Below, one piece after another: positions 24,291-56,317 of a DNA stretch of 64,000 bases. The notes under the pieces were generated by a model. That model saw only the letters and a list, made by a program, of their open reading frames with translations. It was not told the origin of the DNA and did no database searches. Position 1 is the first letter of the stretch. Every line of letters begins with the position of its first letter. A program made the translations under genes and the position numbers. Origin of the DNA: Amoebidium appalachense (lineage: Eukaryota > Protista > Ichthyosporea); NCBI GenBank assembly GCA_963693365.1, contig CAVNZM010000012.1, forward strand, positions 3,958,409-4,022,408, in the 5' to 3' direction.

Positions 24291-24692
24291 CTTTTTAATT
24301 GTGGGGACAGGGGGGGGGGGGGGGGGTTGACGTGCAATTGAAGGCCTGACAAACGCATACAAGAGTCGGAGTCCGGGATCAGGTGACGCTTGGGATGCAT
24401 GTGTGTGCGCGCGCGCACTGTGGGTGGGTGGGTGGGTGCCACTGGGTGGGTGTGCGCCTCTTTCGGTGTTTTTGAATGATTTGGAAGAGAAACACGATCT
24501 AACCTCTTCTTCTTTTTCTTGTCTATTTCCTTTTAATTTCAGGCCAAGCTGAACCAGGCTGGTGAGGTCGGTCTGGGCTACACACAGTCTCTGCGCCCCG
24601 GTGTCAAACTGACCGTTGGTGTGAATGTGGACACCAAGAACATCACCGCCGACGCCCACAAGATCGGTCTTGCCCTCACCCTGAACGCTTAG
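21001..24692 (+). CDS. VDAC: Mitochondrial outer-membrane porin (VDAC), ~280 aa; exons 21001-21114, 21993-22211, 22511-22719, 23799-23949, 24543-24692
   Basis: MAPAKFADLSKSAKDLLSKDY; FTEKWNTKN; GAEGGYNV; AKLNQAGEVGLGYTQSLRPGVKLT..HKIGLALTLNA*. GT-AG joins keep the frame (843 nt). Confidence 0.95.
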
Positions 24693-24885
24693 AGCGAGAA
24701 ACAGACGCTTCTGTAGCTAGAAGTGCCATGAGCTTAAGCATCTGCCAAAAGCGTGTATTTGCTTAGTGCTCCAAGAAAGGTGTGCTGGTAAGCTGATTTT
24801 GGTTGGCTTGCTGATGCTCCCTAGAGACCAGTCATGAGGAAAATAGAAGTGCCGATGTACATGCACGGTCGGGCGCCGAACATGC

Positions 24886-25290
24886 GTGCCGTTACCGGTA
24901 TCTGAAATAAAGGTAGACGAAAAAGAAAGCCCAGGTGTAATTTGCTACGGTATTTTCGCTCGATCCAGTGAGCATCTGGCACGACCACTTCACAGTGAAT
25001 GCGTCCGGGCCCAAGTTTGCAGTCACATCACGGCCTATCAAGGCCTTCTCCCTCTCCCTCCTTCCTGCAGACTTGGGATCCCCCAAGATTCAGTTTTCCA
25101 GGACACATGTGCCTCAGGGAGTCAGGCTAATCATTGTACCGTTGCTGTAACATAATGTTATATCTTAAACCTTATTCACGAAGATTCTTCGACGAGGATT
25201 AAAGATCCAGTCGACCTTTATAATGCTATCTCGTATATAATTGACACATATGAAATGAGGTTTGTACGCTTGGTCGTGGGGTTCATGTAT
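24886..25290 (+). mobile_element. Possible highly decayed LINE 3' fragment
   Basis: LPPSCRLGIPQDSVF and NAISYIIDTYEMRF weakly resemble ILPSCRTGLSLADGII and NILDFILNTRNYDLF of 58137-59129. Confidence 0.3.
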
Positions 25291-25326
25291 TGGGAGGTTG
25301 CTAAATGAACTTCAGTTTATTCAGAT

Positions 25327-25403
25327 GAGGTCGCATGGAAACCAGGGAGGGTGGGTAGAAACCAGCTGGTTTCCCCCCATCCTCCCGGTTTCCATGCGAC
25401 CTC
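25327..25403. repeat. 77-bp imperfect palindrome
   Basis: GAGGTCGCATGGAAACC...GAAACCAG|CTGGTTTC...GGTTTCCATGCGACCTC. Confidence 0.85.
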
Positions 25404-25799
25404 GACAAATTTTCTAAAAACCCATCGCACTAGACTATTGGCGATGTGTCCAAACTGACAAACTGACTGTGTTTGCCGTTTATATACCCGCTCGACTGCG
25501 TTGAGATTGTCCAATCACAATCGAGAACATGTTAAAAACTGATCCGCAAATCAAGCCCGAAAATTCAGAAAATTTTGATGGTATTTTTTCAAGCCCCGAT
25601 GTATTTTGGGTTTCGGGTTATGCATATGGTATTTTTCGTACCATGTCATTTGGCGGGGCACTGTTTGCGCAATCTAACCTCGGGAGTTGGCTCCATATCT
25701 TGCGGGCATGTCTTATGAGGGGCGTGCGCGTACGCGCAGATGTGTGTATGTGATGCGTCGTGTTTTATAATATATATGTGCATATGTGTTTGTGTGGGT

Positions 25800-31900
<6,101 letters not shown>

Positions 31901-33014
31901 GAGCCTGTGTTGGCATGCATGCATGCTTAGTCAATGAAAGATGCACGGAGACAGTGGGAGAGACACAAGGCCAAAAGTGGAATGACTGTGTCTGGCGCAT
32001 CCTTACCACAAACGGGACCAAGGCGTTTCCTCGATTTTGGGATGGAGTAATGAGGGTCGAGTTAGGTAGTACGCAGGCGTGTGATCCAGAGCGGTTGCGT
32101 TTATGGACGTATAGGCCAAAAATGCGGCGGAGTAACACGTTAGGAGCAATATAGTAGCCACAACCCGCCGGTGGTGTTCATCTGGGTCGCCCATTTTCCC
32201 GTCTCAAGAGAGACCCTACAAGGAAAAGACAAAGGGCAAGGTACAGACGAGGGCGAAAGAGAGTTATCCGCAAATAAAAATACAAATAAATCAGATGAAA
32301 GGAAGAGGGAATCGTCTCTTTTGTCAACACTATGGTTGTGACAGGTATCGTTTTGTCGTTTTGTCGTACGCTGTCTCTCACGGCCAAGCAGCCTTTGTGG
32401 AGGCACCTGCTGATTGGTTACGCTTGCATTCTGGCGGCCTGGGTTACCCAATCCCTGCACGGCCGTCATCTGGAAACCCCCCCCCCCCTTTCTAAAATCC
32501 GGCATCTGGAAAGGGGGTGGATAAATTCTGGCATTAATACGAAATTTAGTTTTATAATGGCTCGATCCGAATGGCTGAATTTTACCGGTAAAAAAAAATC
32601 TGGCAATCTGGCAATCTGGCTTGTCACACGAACCGAACCAGTGCAGGAGGTACACGTGTAGGCCTACGTGCCCCGGTGACCAATCACACGAATGTTTGCA
32701 TTCCACAGACAACCAATCAAATCGAGAAAAGAACTACCAATCAAACATCAATGAATGCATACAGCACTGCAGGCTGCTACGGATTTTTTCCGGGGTGCCA
32801 CCGTACATGAAAACATCAATATTTATGTAAATCAGCCTTTTGAAACCCAGCAGGATAATAAGGAAAATTAAATATACAATACTTCACAAATAATATTTTT
32901 AGTGACTATGTAAACCAGACTGGTTCTGGATTATGCAAATAAATACAGTAGACTAAGCGAGTTCTCGCGTACAAACCGAGTCATATTTACCTCGGTCAGC
33001 TTGCCTCCAAAGTT

Positions 33015-33725
<711 letters not shown>

Positions 33726-34361
33726 TGCATACACCAATCAAATGCGCCCAAATATTCCGCTGCAATTTGCTATGTGTCACGAAGCGACATGCGCCAACTT
33801 TTGCGCAACGCAAAGTCTTCAATGGCCTGCCGTTGTAAAAGGATTTTTTTTTTTTTTTTTTTTTTGCCCCTCGAAACACAGGGGACTTGCGCATTCACAC
33901 TTCGAGGTTATCTTTTAAAACAAACAATAGAAACAAGGGAACAGGTGATGCTATTTAAGAATGGAGAGCGCGACCGGCCGATCAGCCCAGGAGCATGAGG
34001 CTAACGCTGTTTGTGCAAGGCGGCTTCAGAGAAAACACACCCACAAACACGCACACAAACACTTTCACCCTCTAGCTCTAACCAGGCTATTTCTCGGAGT
34101 TCTGCCCGAAGCCTATTGGGTTGCCAAGGGCATATGTACAAGTGTGATGCTTGAAATATGGGTGATATTTATTCGTTAGCACTCAAACAGTTGGGGCCCT
34201 TCGCGTCCACACATCCACATAAAAGCTCGACGTCGGTACCCTCTCACACATACACACGAATATGCACGCGCATATACACTGTGTGACGTCAACACATACA
34301 CAGCACACACACAGACACACGTTCAGCTGTGTACGTGTGTTTGTGTTTGTGTGTGTATGTG

Positions 34362-34395
<34 letters not shown>

Positions 34396-34938
34396 TGTGT
34401 CTGTGTTCGTGTGTGTGTTTGTGTGCAGATGTGTGCATGCGCGTGTGTGCAACAAATGTCCGTGTGTGCGCGCGCGACGGGCACGCTTTTGCACGTTTGT
34501 GCAAGTGTCCGTGTACCACAGGTGTGTACGTACCTGTGAATGCGTGGACGCATGTGGTTAATCAGTTAGTGAATCATTCCAACCGCAGTGCATGCATGTA
34601 TAATTATGTTCATACAATCACATCAAGGAATGCACAAGTACTGATTTGAACCACGAAAAGGACAGCTTCATGTAGCTACTGTTTTCTTTGTACGCCATAA
34701 TGCCGTCTGTGTCCAAAAACCGAAATTCACAAGCATGACCAAGAAGTAAGAGTAAGCGGTAACGTGTGCTAATATGTGTGGAAAATACCATGGTGGGTGA
34801 GTGTGGTTGTTTGTGTGTGTGTGTAGGTTGGGAGAGAGGGGGTGGTGTATAGAAAGAGTAACAGCCTACGGTAGGAAGTACACATTCACGACGGACAATT
34901 GCAACTCATCACACATAAAGAGTATGCCTCGTATATAT

Positions 34939-34972
<34 letters not shown>

Positions 34973-35633
34973 AAGGCCTAGGAGGGGCGGGGGGAGGGGG
35001 TCATCATGGCCATGGTTGCCCATCCGCTCAGGGCCTGACGTCTCAATGGGCTGTGTAATTATGTAATGACTGGTGCACATGCAATTGTGTAAGAAGCACC
35101 GTGGGAGGCGGTGGGGAGGTGCACGGTGGCACTTTGCCACAGTAAGCCAACCGTTTTTTGCTTTTCCAGTTAGACTGTGTACACGTGCACGTGCAGGGCT
35201 GTAGGGTTATTTTCTGTGTGTGTGTGCGCGCGCGAGTGTGTATGTGTGTGTGTGTATGTGGGTGGTTGAGTGTAGGTACACATGTCATAATGGTGCACGT
35301 GAGTGGTAATCGTGGTGTGTGCCCAGTGTGTTCGCGCACGCACGTGCATGTACATCACGGGGCATATGTATACACATGGCAGTATCACTGCCACGACGGA
35401 GGAGGAATAGCTCAAATTCTTTGTAGATGGGGTTTTTTGTGTCAATAGACACAGAGCCGGGGACTGGACTTTATATAAAGTAGCTTCAATAGACCAGATT
35501 TTTGTCGTGTGTGTGCCTGTGGTTTCTTTGAATCTTTTTTTTTTTTTTTTATCGCGACGAAACCCCCTTGCCCCCCCCCCCCCCCCCCCCCCCCACCACC
35601 ACCACCACCACCACCACCACCACACACGCACAT

Positions 35634-35672
<39 letters not shown>

Positions 35673-36075
35673 CACACACACGGTTCTTCCCCATTCCCAT
35701 CTTTCCCATCCTCCCACCCCCTCTCCATGCATGAGCGAAGGTTGCAAGTGAGACATCCGCGTTTAGGGGGATTCGCGCTGGTTCGCTCTGAGCCAGTGAG
35801 ACTTCATGCAAAGTAACCATATTTGGCAGCTGGTTGGGTTTAAAGCATGACGTCACCTATCACGTGGGCCTTGTTGTCATTGGCGGCCAGCTGGCGCCAA
35901 AAAAAATCCACGGAGCCTCTGAGAGAGAAGCACACACAAGTTCAACACACACAAACACACTGACTGACTTGGCAACACGTATATACGGGAAAGGAGTTTT
36001 CCGCGTTAAGTTGTACTTAGAGTTTTAAGTTGTTTAAAAGCCCACGTTTCGCATCAACACCCCAGCAAAGAAAAG

Positions 36076-47893
<11,818 letters not shown>

Positions 47894-48274
47894 ATTTCCT
47901 AAATCCGATAGGAAAATTTGGGATTCATAAGTCCGATTAGGATAACCTGGGAATCATGCATGATTTGGGTTAGCTTGGGGTTATGCATGTTTTGCACCTG
48001 CACACTCGCACACACGTACACACGCACATCGGGAATCATCAGGGAACATATGCTTGAAGCACACACACACACACTTAAAGGTCACAACTTGAACACTCGT
48101 ACACGTATTCAAGCACGTCCTAACCAGCTACAAAACAAGAACGATACCCTCTCTCAATGTGTACACCGGTGGTTGGGCACATTTATCCACAAGCGACATG
48201 AACGACATTCGTTCCTTATGTTCCCCTGTTTTGCTTATTTTATTTTCCCGTTCTTCAGAATCTGGCATAACTTG

Positions 48275-48413
48275 TGGTTGCACCGTGAGTGGATAGATCT
48301 CGAACTGTGTGCCATAGAGGAGGGACGGGACTAATTGTGGCTGTGCCGGCATGGCCCGCTGGTCGGACCATAAATTTCATAGACCCCATTCAACAGTATG
48401 AACTCTCTCACAA

Positions 48414-48456
<43 letters not shown>

Positions 48457-48593
48457 TTGCACCGTGAGTGGATAGATCTCGAACTGTGTGCCATAGAGGA
48501 GGGACGGGACTAATTGTGGCTGTGCCGGCATGGCCCGCTGGTCGGACCATAAATTTCATAGACCCCATTCAACAGTATGAACTCTCTCACAAC

Positions 48594-48626
<33 letters not shown>
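48275..48626. repeat. Two 142-bp units, each followed by (TA)n
   Basis: 48275-48416 and 48454-48595 identical by eye. Confidence 0.9.
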
Positions 48627-48631
<5 letters not shown>

Positions 48632-49751
48632 ACATATAACAATTTTAAACCCCCCCCCCCCCCCCCCCCCCGTTTTCCTCCCCACAGCAAACCACCAGTA
48701 CCACCAGTACCACCACCCAGATCTCACACTCCACACACACAAACACACATGCGCACATACACACACATAAACAAACAAACAAAGGAACGAACATGTACAC
48801 ATTACATATGTTTGTACAAACACACACACATTTATGTACACACTTACACACGCAAATTGTCACCGGTTGCAGATACACATAAAAACAGACCCCCATTACC
48901 TACTTACCCTCCCATGTGTGCGCACAGTCAAGCTCACCCTTAGCATTGCATGCGATGACGCTTTGCTCACAACTTCGTCACGGTGGGGGTTTATGAATGT
49001 ATGTATGGGTCCGGACATGCAATTTCACACACAACTTGCCCCTCAATCGCACATGCACACAGTACTCTTCTATAGCTGCCTGCCTCTTCTGCGTGTGACT
49101 GCCAACCGGTGGCAAATTCACAATTTTTCACTCGCTCGCATTTACAAAAGTCACCCTACATGTGCTTGTTTGTATAGCTCTGCACGACGAATAATCATGG
49201 CGAATTGGGTGAACCATTGACATAACCGTTCCAAAGAACTTGATAACGTGGGGATCCCCTAACTTCAGCAATCTTTCGAGTTCATATGCAACCAGTGTTA
49301 TGATTAGACACTAATAGAAAGAGCACCTTGGTACACAAACCACATCCGATGCTGAGTATTGGAAACCCCCCAAAAAAGAAAAAAAACAGGAAGCTGCTAC
49401 TGCAACCCACTAGCCACTCACACAATGTTAGAGCAACTGCAACAACTCAATGCACCAATGAAGTAAATGTACCTAAACGGCAACAACTTGTGAATCGGCT
49501 GTCGAGTTTAGTTCATAACAAAAACCCACACCTCGATTATGCATGATTGCAGAACAGAGCCATCCGTCATCCGGCACAAACCATAGGGAGGGAAGGAGAG
49601 AGGGGGGGGGGGGGAGGGGGTTGCCATGTAGTGCTTGTGCCTACAACACGTTACAGAAAAAGACTAACTAAAACACGAGTCCAACACCAAATCTTCTAAA
49701 CACTTCTAATAGCTTAAAAAAAATCGGAGGAGGGGAGATGAAAAAAACCCC

Positions 49752-50349
49752 CTATTGCTGATATTCCTGGTGGCCCATAATAGGCTCAGGGAACGCCAGG
49801 GGTGCCCTATCTCCAATACTCGAAGCCCTACGTTTAGCCTCGATCCTTTCCTCCCTCGTAACGAGCGGCAAAAGCAAAATCAAAGGACACCACGCGATAA
49901 ACTGAATAAGCGCGGTGCACACAAACGACATTTCGAACCCATAATTATCGACCAATAGGCCGCCAACGACGGCGGATCCCGACCAACCAAAAGCGGCGAC
50001 GCTGTCAATGGAATTCCACTTCCCGCGCGATTTCACGGAGGCGTAGTCCATGAGAATGGAGCGGTTAAGGGGCACCACGCAGTTGATTAAGGCCGATCGG
50101 ATAATGTAGATTGCGCACAGCCAATAGGGTTGAGCGATCCAGGCGTCAGGGAAGTAGGCCATGACGGCGAGGAGAGACACACCCACGAGCTTGAACACTA
50201 GCGCCACCTGGTGGGGTTTACAAGGTTAAAAAGTTAAAATATCGAATTCAGATATTGGGAAAGACGAAAGTTAGAGGAAGAATGGAAAGTTAAAGTAAAC
50301 AAGATTCAGCCATATTAATCATCAACTTAATAGTATCTATCTTTAACAA

Positions 50350-50401
<52 letters not shown>

Positions 50402-50754
50402 ATCCCTGTCCTTCCTCCTCAACCTCATCTTTTCTCTTTTTTCTTTTTTCTTTCCTTTTACTTTCTCCCCTTCTCTTCCTTCTTCAATGGAATTGGGCGT
50501 TGCAAAGTCTCTTCAGAGTTTCAGCCGACACACACCATATCACACGCCGCCTTTGGCACAAGAAGCTCACCAATAAAGGAGGGGATGCATCCCACCAACT
50601 TATGCACTGGCCCATAGAAACACAACAAAAATAGCCATGTACGGTAGTGGTGCTGAACACGAATGATGGTGGTTCGTGGCTGATTCTTCCTTTCTTTTAT
50701 TTTTCTTCATTTCGTCTTTAGTCAATTTCAATTTTAATCCTTTTTTTTTTTTTT

Positions 50755-50826
<72 letters not shown>

Positions 50827-51032
50827 GGCACATCGTCATTACCTCCACACGACCAAAGGTGAGAGAGAGCTTCTGAGCCGTCAGACTGAAAAGGACCTCC
50901 GTGACTGGATCCAAAACGAAGACAATGTTGACCGTGGTGGGGGGCAGCTTGAGTACTTCGGCAAAGTAGATGGGGAAGAACTTGATCGTCATGCCTGGGG
51001 GAGGAAGGGGGGAGGAGGGTTGGTGGGTGGGT

Positions 51033-51088
<56 letters not shown>

Positions 51089-54000
51089 GGGGAATTTGAA
51101 TGTGGAACACGGTACGAAGTACGCATACACGATGAGAAGCATGGTACAGGACACATACAAAGGCAAACATTCAAGTATGCAACATCAACCATGCGCACAG
51201 TATGCGTCATAAGCAGAGCCCATCCTCAGGGAGGGCCCGGGGGGACAAGGGGGATTAGGGGCATCCCGTTTCTTCTTCTTTTTTTTTTTTTTGTGACTTT
51301 TTTTTCCCCACTTAAGGATAAACAGGAAAGCGGGGGGGGGAAAGGAGAAGGACGGAGTAAAGAAGGTAGAAGAAAGAAGAGAAGAGGGGGGGGGGGGGGG
51401 GAGGGGGAGGAGGAGGGAAAGGAGGGAAAGGAGGGAAAGGAGGGAAAGAAGGGAAAGGATGGGAGGGGAGGAGGGAAACGAGGGAAAGATGAGAAGAGAG
51501 GGGAGGGGTAGGGGGAGGGAAAGGAAGGGAGAGTAAGGGGGGTAATACAGGAGGAAGTCGGAGAAGAAGAAGGGGGGGGGGAGCCGGGGGGGGGGGGGGG
51601 GTCTGTGTGTGTGTGTGTGTGTGTGTGTGTTTGGGGAGGGGGGAAGGGGGGAAGGGGGGAGGGGGGAGGGAGTGGGGTTGGGTTTATGTGTAAGTTAACC
51701 GTCATTTCAAGCTTCAAGTTCAGAGCTTATGCAGTGAACGAATGGGTGGCTTTTCGGTACCCCGGGGGGGAAGGGGGGGGGGGTTTGAATGCGTCAAAAA
51801 GTACGAAGTACACAAGAACAAACGGATAACACGATGCAGAATGCAAGCCATACATAAAGAGTATGCATAATAAGCAGAGCCCATCTTCAGGGGGGCCCCG
51901 GGGGAGGGGAGGGGGGAGGGGCGGGAAGGGGGGAAGAAGGGAGGGGGGGGGGGGGGGGGTTTGAATGCGGAGCACGGTACGAAGTACGCATACACGACGA
52001 GAAGCATGGTGCAGGACACATGCAAAGGCAAACATTCAAGTATGCAACATCAGCCATGTGCACAGTATGCGTCATAAGCAGAGCCCATCCTCAGGGAGGA
52101 CCCAAGTCATCAATTGCGTCTGAGTTTCGACCACTTAGCCCGTGTATATACGACACTCCAACTCAGACAGCACCATCAACTGAACTTGGGCAGGTCAACC
52201 CGTCTTGATCAAAGACGAGCAGGGTTGCCTATGCAAGCAAGGTGAGCAAAACGGTGAAGATGTGTGTGCAAACTAATGCAGTGCAGTGAAAAATGTGTAT
52301 GTGCTTACCACAAAGTGGTCTGTCCTGAAAGGACACCTCTGAAAGAAGACTGGGGGGGTTTGAATGCGGAACACGGTACGAAGTACGCATACACGACGAG
52401 AAGAATGGTGCAGGACACATGCAAAGGCAAACATTCAAGTATGCAACATCAGCCATGTGCACAGCATGCGTTATAAGCAGAGCCCATCCTCAGGGAGGAC
52501 CCAAGTCATCAATTGCGTCTGAGTTTCGACCCCTTAGCCCTCGTATATACGACACTCCAACTCAGACAGCAGCATCAACTGAACTTGGGCGGGTCAACCC
52601 GTCTTGATCAAAGACGAGCAGGGTTGCCTATGCAAGCAAGGTGAGCAAAACGGTGAAGATGTGTGTGCAAACTAATGCAGTGCAGCGAAAAATGCGTATG
52701 TGCTTACAGATCCACGACACAGAGCAACCATGCCCGGTTGCATGGAAGTAAAGCGGTCTCCACACAGTAGTGTGTTTTTTGTCCTGAAAGGACACCTCTG
52801 AAAGAAGACTGGGGGGGTTTGAATGCGGAACACGGTACGAAGTACGCATACACGACGAGAAGCATGGTGCAGGACACATGCAAAGGCAAGGGGGTGGGGG
52901 GGGGGGGGGGGGGACAGGCTCCAAAAAACTCACCAGAAGCCAAACCAAACAGCACATCAGACAAGCAGACGATGTAAGGGACCATCCACACCCTCAGAAA
53001 CGAGAAACATTTTGCCTTCGTTTTCTCTGCCTCCTCGTAGCGCAGTGCAACTAGTGCTTCCTCTTCGTCTTCAGCGTTGCTCTGTGTGGCAGTGGTTGAC
53101 CCGTCCTGCCTGTTTGCGTTTCCTTCCAGCAGGCCCTGTGTGTGAATGCGTTTTGTAATGTTTAGTGTATGGTGAGAGGTTTTGTGTGTGAATGGGTGTT
53201 ATAATGGTTAAGTGTTATCCCCTAAGAAAGTTTTGTGTGTGGATGGGTTTTATAATGGTTAGTGTTATCTCCTAAGGAGGTTGTGTGTGAAGGGTTTAGT
53301 ATGGTTTTATCATGGTTAGTGTATTGTAAAGGGTATTGTGTGTGAAGGGTTTAGTATGGTTTTATCATGGTTAGTGTATTGTAAAGGGTATTGTGTGTGA
53401 AGGGTTTAGTATGGTTTTATCATGGTTAGTGTATTGTAAAGGGTATTGTGTGTGAAGGGTTTAGTATGGTTTTATCATGGTTAGTGTATTGTAAAGGGTA
53501 TTGTGTGTGAAGGGTTTAGTATGGTTTTATCATGGTTAGTGTATTGTAAAGGGTATTGTGTGTGAAGGGTTTAGTATGGTTTTATCATGGTTAGTGTATT
53601 GTAAAGGGTATTGTGTGTGAAGGGTTTAGTATGGTTTTATCATGGTTAGTGTATTGTAAAGGGTATTGTGTGTGAAGAATTTTGATAATATGACGACAAC
53701 ACACGGAAGCAAAAAAGGAAACAAAAAGCACAAAAAAAATGGAGGTGCGGGGTATCGATCCCCGTGCCTCTCGCATGCTAAGCGAGCGCTCTACCATCTG
53801 AGCTACACCCCCTTTGTGACGGCACGTTGTCTCTGTCGGAATCTCTCAATGATGACGTAATCAATTTTAAGAGCGTCATAATCACAACATCGATGTCGTA
53901 ACTGATACTCGATAGTTGGGGCCGTTATGATGGTGCAGCGATTAGATTTTACCATACCATAATTGATCGTTTTAGGTACGCCATACATGGTGAAAAATTA

Positions 54001-54299
54001 CGTCACTACTACGTCACGATCGAGAAGCGTCAACATAGTCGTTAAAGATAGTGTATATCCTCCTTGTTTAGAGGCTCTGTGATTGGGTAAGTGTACGTGT
54101 GACGTGATGTGATTGTCCTTTTATGAAGTCGTGCGTGTAGGTACAAGGATTAGTTGTGTTGTGTTGCATGCGTGTTTCTCTCTAGAAGGTTTTGTGTGTG
54201 GGGTGAGCGATAAGTTGTATATGTGCGGTGTGTGGCTCTCCTTCGAGTAGGATCTGTGCGTGGGGCTAAATAGGGTGTACGTAAATGTCTATGTCCATG

Positions 54300-54384
<85 letters not shown>

Positions 54385-54758
54385 CTAGAAAAAATATGTG
54401 TGAGATAACAGGTAAGTTGTGTACATGTGTGGTTTCTACTAGAAACAAGATTCTGTGGGTGGGATTACACAGAGTAGTTGTGTACTGTGTCTCCTTCTAG
54501 AAGGCACAACCAAAATTACTAATGGTGGAGCAGCCTCCTCCCCCCTCCTCTTCCCCCCCCCCCCCCAAAAAAAAAAAAAAAAAAAAAAAAAACACCCCCC
54601 CACCTCCCCCCCACACCCACCCACCTCCCAAGCCATTGACACGCAGTCCCTCCTCCCAGCACATCAGATCAGCCCCCCTCCCCCCCATCCCCACCCCCAC
54701 CCCACCCACCCAACCACACACACAAACACATCCCTCCATTCACGCAAACCCACTTCCA

Positions 54759-54805
<47 letters not shown>

Positions 54806-54946
54806 CCCCCCCACCTTCCCCCCGGCCGGGGGGGCACTTCCCTTTCATAAGATTCGAACACATGCAAAAACACAAGAGGTCGGAATGAAGAGAGGAACGG
54901 TTGCGACCGAAGAGCACGGGGATTTGATGCTTACACACTTACACAC

Positions 54947-54979
<33 letters not shown>

Positions 54980-55342
54980 CACACACACGCACATAAACAC
55001 ACACCTGTGCTTCAGCACCCAGGGTCTTATCGTCATTGAAGAAAAACAGTGCGCCAATAGACACCACATGGAGTGCGATACCAACAATGAAAATGATAGT
55101 CATCTGACGCATTCCCCAATCATCCCCCAGGAAGTAGAAAAGAGCAACGTTGGTTACAGGCCCAGATGCCAAGGCTGCAATGCTGATGACGTAGCTGTAT
55201 GGTGTGTTTTTAGAAATAGTGAGTATGGAGGATATGTCATCATGTCAGCTCTCTCGCTCTCGCTTTTGCTCTCTCTCTCTTCCTTTCTCTCTCTCTCTCT
55301 GTCTCTCCGGCTGTCTGACTATATGTCTGTCACACACACGCA

Positions 55343-55375
<33 letters not shown>

Positions 55376-56235
55376 TGTGTGTTGTCTGTCTGTCTGTCTC
55401 TGTCTCTCCCTCTTCCTCCCCCCCCCCTCTCTTTCTGGTGTCTGTCAGTCTCTTTATCTCCCTCTCTCTCTCTCTCTCCCTCTCTCATTCTGTGGGGTCT
55501 CTAATTGTCTGTCTGCCTGTCTCGCTCTCTCTCTCTCTCTCCCCCCCCCCCCTCTCCCCCCCCTCCCCCCTCCCCCCCTCCCCCCAAAGCCCCCCTCCCT
55601 CTTACTCTCTCTCTCGCGCGGTCTGCATATCTATCTGCCTATCTGTCCCTCCCTCCCCCCTCCCTGCCACCCCCTCACACACACTTTTTCTCTCTCTTTC
55701 TCTCTCGTATTTGCATAAGTCGGGCGTGAGGAGGAGAGTTTGGGGCGGAAAAGGGTATTGGTAATTATTCAATGACTTAGCTTTCCCTCACATGCTTGCA
55801 TTTTCTGTGCGGAGGCGGTGATGGGGGGGGGGGGGGGGGGAGGGGGGGGGGGGGGGCAAAAATCCCATGTGGGAGAGAAGGGTAGAGAGGCATCTATATC
55901 ATTCATTTTCCTTCCAAAGTATCCGAGAGGGGGGGCGGAGGGGGAGTGGCGGGGGGAGGGGAGGGTGCCGGGGAGTTGGGGGGAGGGGGGGGGGGAAGGG
56001 AGGGAGGCAGAGTGAAGATATGGAGAGGTAGGGAGGGAGGGAGGGAGAGGGGAGGGAGGGAGAGGGAAAGAGGGAAGGAGAGGGGGGGGGGGGGGGGGGG
56101 GGGGGAGGGAGGGGGGGGGGGAGCGAGAGATATGGAGAAGGAAGAGAGAAGAGGGGGCGAGCGGGGGGAGAAAGCGAAAGAGACAGAGGTGGGGGGGGGG
56201 GGAGAAAGATATATATATATATATATATATGTATG

Positions 56236-56317
<82 letters not shown>

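Noticed and set aside
48300-48370. HDV-like ribozyme on the minus strand (GTCCCGTCCCTCCTCTATGG)
   Set aside because: The P1.1 GG and the downstream P2 partner are missing.
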